34,638 bases of DNA, from NCBI GenBank assembly GCA_051878075.1, contig JBJEJM010000011.1, positions 1 through 34,638 on the forward strand. The letters are read 5' to 3'. Positions 27,437 through 34,638 of this stretch are shown piece by piece. Numbering within the stretch: position 1 is the stretch's first letter; each line of letters opens with the position of its first letter. The translations under genes and the position numbers were made by a program. The notes under the pieces are model-generated. The model was given only the letters and a program-made list of their open reading frames with translations, searched no databases and was not told the DNA's origin. This stretch comes from Clostridium sp. GTDB taxonomy: Bacteria > Bacillota > Clostridia > Clostridiales > Clostridiaceae.

Positions 27437-28807
27437 TCACACTATAGTAATTTTTTTATCCTGATCACATTTAATAGTTATTTCCTGACCATCGGCTCCC
27501 TTGGTTATCAGCTTAACATCATGACCCCAAAGTTCCTGAACATATTTTAATGTTTCTTTTGCATATGATAATTCTAATGCTCTTCCATCAAATATATTCT
27601 CCAATGTAAGAGTATAATCTTTTTTATTTAAATCTATTACTCTTACATAAGGTATGCCTCCCATGCCTGCTGTATAGCTTAATGTGTCACGTATTGCCTT
27701 CCATCCATCTTCATCTGATATTTCCTCTATTATAGTATCAAATGTTCTATGATTGTACTGGAATAAATTTAACTCCTGGCATAAATCCTTAGTTAAATAT
27801 CTTCTTAAGAATGAAGAATCCCTGTCAACTTCCCTTACTTCAAATATTTTTTCCTTTCCATATTTCTTATCCAAATCTTCAAAAATCTTAAAGCCTATAT
27901 AATAAGGATTTATTCCTCCTATAATAGGTGCTATAACATCATTGTGACGTTTCAAAAATTCAAAATGTAATTCTTGTGGAAGATCCATCTGCTTTAATAT
28001 ATTGTAGTGTGTATAGCTTGCCCATCCTTCATTCATTATCTTAGTTTCAATCTGAGGTATAAAGTATTGCGCTTCTCTTTTAACTATTTTTAATACTGTC
28101 TTTTCCCATTCTGAAAGACTTCCATATTCAATTATAAAACCTAAAACATCATCAACTGGCTCTAAAGGTACTTTATCTATATCAGGAAATTCTATCTCAA
28201 CATTAGAATCTAATATACCTCTATTCTGTTTCTTATTTTCATATTCTTTCAATAAATTATCACGTATTTCATTATCAGATAATTCTTTTACTCCAATACT
28301 TCTGCCTACCTGATATCTTAATGCATGAGCTGCATCTAAAATTCTCTCTACCCTAGAATATCCTATACTTGGATCATCAATATAATCACGTATTATCTTA
28401 GAATCCAAATTGAACATTTCCAACGTATATTTTGCATTAGTTCCTTCTTTGAATAATCTATTATTTTTAAAAAAGTCATTGTGTCCATATACATGAGCCA
28501 TAGTCAGTATCTGCAATAATAAAGTGTTATCTTTCATAAGATATGCAAGACATGGATCAGAGTTAATTACCATTTCATAAGGAAGGCCTGTAAGGTTTAA
28601 AGAATAAAGAGTCTTAGTCTTTTCATAAGCTTTACCAAAACTCCAGTGTGGATATCTTGACGGCATTCCAACATAAGCCTCATATCCAATCATTTCATTA
28701 AATCCTATAATCTCAAACTCTTGTGGATAGCAGTCAAGACCATATTCTTCAACTTTTTCCTCTATTTCTACATTCCATTTTTCAATATCCTTGATACTAT
28801 ACTTCAA
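27437..28807 (-). CDS. spoVR: SpoVR family protein
   Basis: GMPSRYPHWSFGK, YEMVINSDP, AHVYGHNDFFKNN, TKIMNEGWASY and NPYYIG; TTG start with RBS AAGGAGG. Confidence 0.95.
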   Translation of the reverse strand: MKYSIKDIEKWNVEIEEKVEEYGLDCYPQEFEIIGFNEMIGYEAYVGMPSRYPHWSFGKAYEKTKTLYSLNLTGLPYEMVINSDPCLAYLMKDNTLLLQILTMAHVYGHNDFFKNNRLFKEGTNAKYTLEMFNLDSKIIRDYIDDPSIGYSRVERILDAAHALRYQVGRSIGVKELSDNEIRDNLLKEYENKKQNRGILDSNVEIEFPDIDKVPLEPVDDVLGFIIEYGSLSEWEKTVLKIVKREAQYFIPQIETKIMNEGWASYTHYNILKQMDLPQELHFEFLKRHNDVIAPIIGGINPYYIGFKIFEDLDKKYGKEKIFEVREVDRDSSFLRRYLTKDLCQELNLFQYNHRTFDTIIEEISDEDGWKAIRDTLSYTAGMGGIPYVRVIDLNKKDYTLTLENIFDGRALELSYAKETLKYVQELWGHDVKLITKGADGQEITIKCDQDKKITIV

Positions 28808-28810
28808 AGT

Positions 28811-29983
28811 CTATCCCTCCTTTAACTCCTTCCTAAGCATTGTCTTAAGCGCATCCCACAAATCCTTTTTCTCCTTTATTATTACTGGAACAAAATTTTC
28901 ATTAGTAATTTCTTTCTTAAATTTATGATACATTGTAGTAGTATAAGTTGATGGTAAAAGTTCTGCATATCCAAACATATTGCTGACTTCACATATCTCT
29001 TTTACTGCTGCAATTGCTTTTTCATTATCTTCAGACCAGTTATCTCCATCACTAGCATATATAGGATAGATATTCCATGATGTCTGAGGATATTTTTCTT
29101 CAATAAGCTTAAGTGCTTCATTCAATCCACTTGATATATAAGTTCCTCCAGATTCTGATTTATGGAAGAATTCATATTCATCTACCCTTTTAGCTACAGT
29201 TGTATGATATATAAATTCAAATGCTATATTGTTATATTTTTTCTTTAAAAAAGTAGCAAGTACAAAGAAATATGACCTTGCTAAATATTTTTTAGTAACA
29301 TCCATTGAACCTGAAGCATCCATAATAAATATCATGACTGCATTGCTGTCTCTTCTTGGTTTCATTTTTACTCTGTAATATCTTAAATCTTCTTCCCTAA
29401 ATGGAAATCTCTCTATTTCTTCTTCTTCATTTAATTCTCTAAGCGCTCTCTTCTTTCCCTGTTTTCTTGCTATCTTAGTCATAACAGTTTTCTTTTTTGC
29501 AAGACGTGGTCTTATTCCATAAGTCTGATATCCACGTCTCCTGCCTGAGGTTTCAGTAACTATTTCTGAATATTTCTTTTGATCTAAATTAGGCAAGTCT
29601 AAGTCTTCTGAAATATAATCCATTAATTCTTCAAGAGTAATTTCAGTCTCATAAACATCATCACCCTCTTGATTTCCTGCACCTTGATTACCTTGTGCAA
29701 ATTGTTTCTTTCCATTGCCTATCTTTTCGCCACGCTGTTCATCTCCAACACCAGTAGCAACGCCCTTAGAATTTTTTCCATAAATAAACTGATATTCTTT
29801 TATACCTTTGATTGGTATTTTGAATTTTTTATTTTTGCTTTCACCTACAATACTTTCTTCTGATAGAATATCTCCTAAATTTTCTTTAATTGACTTTTCA
29901 ACAAGTTGTCTATGCCTTCTTCTATCTTCTATGGATCTATCATAATCAACTTGATTATTTGTATAATCTCTAAAAATAGCCAT
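28811..29983 (-). CDS. yhbH: Sporulation protein YhbH (YeaH/DUF444, vWA-like)
   Basis: DRRRH, G-rich linker, MIDAS-like MDASGSM, ESGGT and ASDGDNW. Confidence 0.94.
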   Translation of the reverse strand: MAIFRDYTNNQVDYDRSIEDRRRHRQLVEKSIKENLGDILSEESIVGESKNKKFKIPIKGIKEYQFIYGKNSKGVATGVGDEQRGEKIGNGKKQFAQGNQGAGNQEGDDVYETEITLEELMDYISEDLDLPNLDQKKYSEIVTETSGRRRGYQTYGIRPRLAKKKTVMTKIARKQGKKRALRELNEEEEIERFPFREEDLRYYRVKMKPRRDSNAVMIFIMDASGSMDVTKKYLARSYFFVLATFLKKKYNNIAFEFIYHTTVAKRVDEYEFFHKSESGGTYISSGLNEALKLIEEKYPQTSWNIYPIYASDGDNWSEDNEKAIAAVKEICEVSNMFGYAELLPSTYTTTMYHKFKKEITNENFVPVIIKEKKDLWDALKTMLRKELKEG

Positions 29984-29989
29984 AATAAA

Positions 29990-31918
29990 TTAATCTCTCC
30001 ATAAGTTATTAGCTGCATATTTCAATATTACATCACAGCAGTGTATGCAATATCCATTTTTCTTCATTTCATCGACCATAGAATTGTATTTTTCTGCTTG
30101 TTCTTTATCTCTTACCTTTGATTTAGTTATGATTCTAGATAAATCCTTAACTGATTCAGTCAATTTCTTTTCTATAGCTTCCTTTAATGGCTCATAAGAA
30201 GTATAATCAAGCTTTCCGCCTTTTCTGATGATATAGAACATATATGAAGTAACATCTGATCTGAATCCTTTTGCAGATGCAGCATAAACACCTATCTGCT
30301 CCTCAATGCTTCTCATGAATTCTTCATCTGGATTAAGTTCTTCTCCTGTTGAAGCATCTTTAATTTTTGTCTTATTGACATAAGCTTCTGCATTATCAAT
30401 ATAATTATTGAATAAGCTTTCAGCCTGTTCCCTAAATGAATGTATAAATGCCTTTGTTATTTCTCTTTCGAGTATCTTATTATACTCTTTTCTTATAGTA
30501 TCCTGTATAAATCCTAAATATTTCTTCTTATCATCAGCTGCAATATCCATTTCTTTAACTGACTTAATCATATTTTCCATTACGCTTAATGGATTTATAC
30601 AATCATATTCTGATTCTGCAAGCGCATTATCTATTGCTTTTATAATAAATCTTGTACTGATACCCTTCATTCCTTCATATTGTCCTGCTTCTTCTCTGAG
30701 CTCAGTAATATCAATTTTCTTTGTAGTTCCCTTTTCAACTATTTCCTCACCATTATATATCTTAAGCTTTGTCATGCTGTCTACTTTTGCTGATGGAGTA
30801 AGTCTTGAAAGAATTGCAAACATTGCAGCTACTTCAATTGTATGAGGCGCAATATGAGCTTTAAAATTACTCTTTCTTAAAATCTTCTGATATATTTTAA
30901 CTTCTTCATCAAGCTCTAAGCAGTAAGGAACTTCTATTTTTACTATTCTATCTAATATAGCTTCATTTGTATGATCAGACTTGAACTTATTCCATTCTGC
31001 TTCATTTGAATGTGCAACAATAACACCATCAAAATAGATCATTGATCCTTTACCTGGTGATGGTACAGATTTTTCCTGAGTAGCAGTAATAATTGTATGA
31101 AGATATTCAACATCATTTTTAAATACTTCTATAAATTCAACAAGTCCTCTGTTACCAACATTAAAAGCACCATTTAAAGAAAATATTCTTGGATCATCCT
31201 CAGAGTATAAATCCATTTTAGAAATATCAATAGATCCTGTAAGTATTGAAGTATCCTGATTATTAGGATCAACTGGAGGAACTACACCTACACCTTTTCT
31301 TGAACGGATTGAAAAACCTACCCTTTCTACTGGAAAATCTTCATACATACCTTTAAGTTCATGCATTAATTTATATTTACATACTGGACATAAGTCACCT
31401 TCAATTTGTACTCCTAGCATTTCTTCAAATTTTGGTCTTAAATGCTTTGGAATTAAATGGAGTGGTTCTTCATGCATTGGACATCCCTTTAATGCATATA
31501 CTGGATCACAGTCTTCTATTGCTGATTTGAGGCTTTCAACTATAGATGATTTACCTGCACCAACAGGACCTACCAAATACAATACCTGCCTTGACTCCTC
31601 ACCTTTCATAGCAGCTGACTTAAAATAATTAACTAGTTTCATGATAACCTTGTCAATTCCATAGAATTCATCTTTAAAGAAGCCATATTTTCTAATAATC
31701 TCATTGCCATATATCTTTCTAACTCTTGGATTTTCTTCAGCTTTTAATTCTTCAACGCCTTTATTTATTATCATATCATAAAGTCTCTTATGAGCTAATT
31801 TAACAATCTCAGGATGCTCTTTAACAATATCGAGATATTCTAAAAAAGTCCCTTCAAATTTCTGTGTATTAGCTCTCTCTCTATCAGTTTCAATAAATTC
31901 CTTAAAATTCATACTCAT
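29990..31918 (-). CDS. prkA: PrkA/YeaG family AAA+ protein
   Basis: Walker A GPVGAGKS, CPMHEEPL, NRGLVEFIE, AHSNEAEW and GISTRF; RBS GGAGGGGG. Confidence 0.95.
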   Translation of the reverse strand: MSMNFKEFIETDRERANTQKFEGTFLEYLDIVKEHPEIVKLAHKRLYDMIINKGVEELKAEENPRVRKIYGNEIIRKYGFFKDEFYGIDKVIMKLVNYFKSAAMKGEESRQVLYLVGPVGAGKSSIVESLKSAIEDCDPVYALKGCPMHEEPLHLIPKHLRPKFEEMLGVQIEGDLCPVCKYKLMHELKGMYEDFPVERVGFSIRSRKGVGVVPPVDPNNQDTSILTGSIDISKMDLYSEDDPRIFSLNGAFNVGNRGLVEFIEVFKNDVEYLHTIITATQEKSVPSPGKGSMIYFDGVIVAHSNEAEWNKFKSDHTNEAILDRIVKIEVPYCLELDEEVKIYQKILRKSNFKAHIAPHTIEVAAMFAILSRLTPSAKVDSMTKLKIYNGEEIVEKGTTKKIDITELREEAGQYEGMKGISTRFIIKAIDNALAESEYDCINPLSVMENMIKSVKEMDIAADDKKKYLGFIQDTIRKEYNKILEREITKAFIHSFREQAESLFNNYIDNAEAYVNKTKIKDASTGEELNPDEEFMRSIEEQIGVYAASAKGFRSDVTSYMFYIIRKGGKLDYTSYEPLKEAIEKKLTESVKDLSRIITKSKVRDKEQAEKYNSMVDEMKKNGYCIHCCDVILKYAANNLWRD

Positions 31919-31941
31919 AGATACTCCCCCCTCCTAATTAC

Positions 31942-31972
31942 AATATATTCATATGAAACATTACAGTATGAC
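31942..31972 (-). promoter_or_regulatory. Putative sigma-E promoter of prkA-yhbH-spoVR
   Basis: GTCATA-N17-AATATATT fits the ATA-N16/18-cATAcanT consensus. These three genes are in the sigma-E regulon of B. subtilis. Confidence 0.55.
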
Positions 31973-32065
31973 TAATTTTTTAAGATAATTTCTGTAAGCA
32001 TAAAAACATAAAAATAATCTTTTCTCTATTTATATATTAATAATTATGTAAATTTATTCGTATAT

Positions 32066-32102
32066 AAAAAAAGAATTGAAATTTTTTATTCCAATCCTCT
32101 TT
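32066..32102 (-). terminator. Second terminator upstream of prkA
   Basis: Minus strand AGAGGATTGGAAT-aaaaa-ATTTCAATTCTTT followed by TTTT. Confidence 0.65.
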
Positions 32103-32221
32103 ATTCCTAATCTCTTATGCTCTATTTTTTAGTACTTCATTAAGAAATATTTTATTTACATAGTTATTAAATAGTAACATACTGATTTTTATGTTTTCGT
32201 ATATATAAAATTTTCTTCTCT

Positions 32222-32269
32222 ATAAAATAATATCAGCATTATATTACAGTGTCATATAATGCTGATATT
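32222..32269 (-). terminator. Terminator after cyclophilin gene
   Basis: Perfect 16-bp arms AATATCAGCATTATAT / ATATAATGCTGATATT. Confidence 0.75.
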
Positions 32270-32305
32270 GTTTTTCTAGTAAAACTCAATTATAAAATTA
32301 TTCTT

Positions 32306-32977
32306 CTAGTTGATTTTTTCAGGTTCAGGGTACTCTACACCTTTTGTATCAACTCTTATTGATTTTATTACTACATCTTCTTTAGGCTTATCATTTGGAC
32401 CTGTCTTTACATTTTCTATTTTATGTACAACGTCCATACCACTTATAACTTTTCCAAAAGATGCATAATCACCATCTAAATGTTCTGCTGCTTTAGTCAT
32501 TATAAAGAACTGACTTCCTGCACTATTTGGATCTTGAGCTCTTGCCATGGATAATACGCCTTCTGTATGCTTTAAGCTATTTGCAATACCATTTGATGTG
32601 AATTCACCTTCTATGGAATAACCTGGGCCGCCAGTTCCATTTCCTTCAGGATCTCCTCCCTGAATCATAAAATCTTTAATTATTCTATGAAAAGTTAAAT
32701 TATCGTAAAATCCGCTATTAGACAAAGCAATAAAATTATTAACTGTATTTGGTGCTATTTCAGGATATAATTCTGCCTGAATTGTTCCAAAACCTTCTAC
32801 TTCTATAGTAGCTATTGGTAAGTTTTCTGTAGATTCTGTTGCATTGTTATCTGAATTTTCATCTGATACAGATTTACTTTGACTACTTTCTTTATTACCT
32901 GCTGAATTTCCACATCCAATAAGTAATGCTGGAATCATACACATAAGAACTAATATTAATTTCATAAATTTCTTCAT
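32306..32977 (-). CDS. Cyclophilin-type peptidyl-prolyl isomerase, lipoprotein
   Basis: Signal peptide with lipobox LIGC and an S/N/E-rich linker. Motifs APNTVNNF, FHRII.DFMIQGGDP, LSMAR, SAGSQFFI and HLDG.Y..FGKV. Start ATG 32977 behind AGGTG. Confidence 0.94.
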   Translation of the reverse strand: MKKFMKLILVLMCMIPALLIGCGNSAGNKESSQSKSVSDENSDNNATESTENLPIATIEVEGFGTIQAELYPEIAPNTVNNFIALSNSGFYDNLTFHRIIKDFMIQGGDPEGNGTGGPGYSIEGEFTSNGIANSLKHTEGVLSMARAQDPNSAGSQFFIMTKAAEHLDGDYASFGKVISGMDVVHKIENVKTGPNDKPKEDVVIKSIRVDTKGVEYPEPEKIN

Positions 32978-33125
32978 CTTATCACCTATTTCCTCTAAAG
33001 TATGTATTGCCAATTTATAATTAAATTATTTATATTTTACGAATATTTTTGCATTAAGTCAAATTTCTTATCTATCAGTACATCTTCCTGCTGACTTTTT
33101 TCTTTTATAATATATTTTACTTTTT

Positions 33126-33186
33126 AATAATAAATAAGATCATGTAAATAGTCATAGTTTCCATTAGCTCTTTACATGATCTTATT
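33126..33186 (-). terminator. Terminator-like hairpin after SGNH esterase gene
   Basis: 16-bp arms AATAAGATCATGTAAA / TTTACATGATCTTATT, 4 nt after the stop. Confidence 0.7.
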
Positions 33187-33190
33187 ATAG

Positions 33191-34636
33191 TTATATTATT
33201 TCTTTTCCATCTATTATAAGTTTAACATTTTTAAATGTTATGTCTGCATTTCTTGATACAAACATTCCTACATATACATGCTTAGAATCTATTTTAGTCA
33301 AGGCAAAATCAAATCCACCTGTAACAGTAGTTTCATTACCTAATGTACATGCGTATCCATCTGGATTGCTTTCAATTTTTAAATCAATAGAAGAACCTTC
33401 TTCAAATGTTGTATTTTTAACTGTAGTCCCCTTAGTAAGAACTTCGCTCTTTCTAGCAAAACAGTTCCATTGCTTTTCATCTGCTAATTTTAATGGTGCT
33501 GCTGTAACATAATCTCCCATTACATCTGGAATATGTGTATCTATGAACATTTCATCTCTAGCCATAAGACCAAAAGAAGTCTGGTTATCTTTAGATAAAG
33601 AGTTGATTTCAGCAGTTGCTGTTAATGTAAATTCACTTCCTACTGGAACTTTATAATAATACATTGCTATTCCATCTGATGTAGATGAAATTTTACCTTT
33701 ATTGTTTTTTACTGATATATTAATATTTCCATCTGCATCTTGTCCAAGTGAAAAATTCTTTTTGCTTATAGTTTCTCCAACATTACCAAATACAGTACCT
33801 TTCCATATTCCTACATCTTCCCATAAAGAACTGTCTGGTAAATTTGAATCATAATCTGATTCTTCATAATCATCATTGTTACCTAAGCAATCTTCCTTAC
33901 TAGGTTCACATTCTATACTTTCTGAAATAACTGCATCTGAAATGTCACCTAAATCTAATTCCTTAACTGTCTTAGCTATAAAATATGCATTATATGCTGC
34001 ACCCCATTTATTAGTATGAGTATTATCTACACTTGCAGAATCTGATGAATTCCATGCATGAAGATATAGTGTTTCTTTTGCACCTAATTTATCATATAAT
34101 TCTTTAGTCATTGTAGTTAAATCTACTACTGGAATATTTAATTCTTCACCTAACTTGCGGATAGCTTCTGGATAATTTCCACCTTCAAATTCTCCTTTTG
34201 TGCTTGTTATATGAAGATTACTATTACTCCATTTACCACTTGATGTTCTTCTTACTATTGGTGTACAAAGAACTACTTTACATCCTGCTGCTTCTGCTTT
34301 TTTAATATAGTTTTCATATAATGAGTTTGCAAAGCTTCCTTCATCTTTATATGTACCATTAGGATTTGTATATCTATCTGCTTCAAATTTGGCATCATTG
34401 TGTCCAAATCCAATAAATAAATAATCTCCTTCTTTCATACCTGATAATAAAGTTTTATATTTTGATTCTTTTGTGTAACTTTTTGAGCTTCTTCCTGATA
34501 GCGCTAAATTTTTTATGTCATATCTGTTTAAATCAAAATGATTTTCAAACTGAGTTCCATATCCATATCTAGGATAGTAATAATTATCATTGAATTCACT
34601 TACTGTAGAATCACCTACAATCCATATGGTGTTTTT
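33191..34636 (-). CDS. SGNH/GDSL esterase (CE12 rhamnogalacturonan/pectin acetylesterase-like) with C-terminal beta-rich domain; 5'-partial
   Basis: The frame stays open to the window edge (KNTIWIVGDSTVS...NLALSGRSSKSY...), supplying blocks I and II. Block III (FGHND) and block V (DNTH) are in the listed ORF. Confidence 0.88.
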   Translation of the reverse strand, partial: KNTIWIVGDSTVSEFNDNYYYPRYGYGTQFENHFDLNRYDIKNLALSGRSSKSYTKESKYKTLLSGMKEGDYLFIGFGHNDAKFEADRYTNPNGTYKDEGSFANSLYENYIKKAEAAGCKVVLCTPIVRRTSSGKWSNSNLHITSTKGEFEGGNYPEAIRKLGEELNIPVVDLTTMTKELYDKLGAKETLYLHAWNSSDSASVDNTHTNKWGAAYNAYFIAKTVKELDLGDISDAVISESIECEPSKEDCLGNNDDYEESDYDSNLPDSSLWEDVGIWKGTVFGNVGETISKKNFSLGQDADGNINISVKNNKGKISSTSDGIAMYYYKVPVGSEFTLTATAEINSLSKDNQTSFGLMARDEMFIDTHIPDVMGDYVTAAPLKLADEKQWNCFARKSEVLTKGTTVKNTTFEEGSSIDLKIESNPDGYACTLGNETTVTGGFDFALTKIDSKHVYVGMFVSRNADITFKNVKLIIDGKEII

Positions 34637-34638
34637 TG

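Noticed and set aside
554-33512. Short opposite-strand ORFs in the track (e.g. 554-739, 2265-2558, 19694-20173, 21916-22179, 30408-30845, 33240-33512)
   Set aside because: They lie antisense to well-supported conserved genes and show no recognisable motifs; they are typical shadow ORFs.
34436-34638. Apparent N-terminally truncated (pseudogene) SGNH esterase
   Set aside because: The reading frame continues without stops to the window edge and contains the catalytic Ser block.
1-34638. Sigma-54 promoters, CRISPR arrays, IS/prophage elements, tRNA/rRNA genes
   Set aside because: By eye I found no TGGCA-N6-TTGC in the intergenic regions, no regularly spaced repeats, no transposase/integrase ORFs and no structural RNA genes.

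Overview
AT-rich chromosomal window that looks like Clostridium sensu stricto core genome, with most genes on the minus strand. In minus-strand transcription order it holds: a CE12/SGNH esterase running off the right edge; a lipoprotein cyclophilin; the sporulation operon prkA-yhbH-spoVR; rubrerythrin plus two small hypothetical genes; a phospholipid cluster (pssA divergent from a YegS/DAGK kinase and a 7-TM protein); YgiQ radical SAM and a permuted papain-like protein (both + strand); a soluble MgtE_N/CBS protein; a Cys T-box ahead of cysK-cysE-queG; plsC-nth; ddl; an OmpR-type regulator and kinase pair; a SleM-like GH25; a VanW/G5 protein; trmL-degV; rpoN; and cggR-gapA-pgk-tpiA. I saw no mobile elements, CRISPR arrays, rRNA or tRNA genes. 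The most striking unexplained signal is the ~270-nt leader of the MgtE_N/CBS gene. It has no recognisable M-box, but it carries an unannotated 36-codon leader ORF (MEEGP...) with a strong RBS. It also has two mutually exclusive pairings (anti-SD:SD versus anti-anti-SD:anti-SD), making it a candidate mgtL-like, ribosome-mediated Mg2+-sensing attenuator. All calls come from reading the sequence and recalling family motifs; no database searches or folding programs were run.
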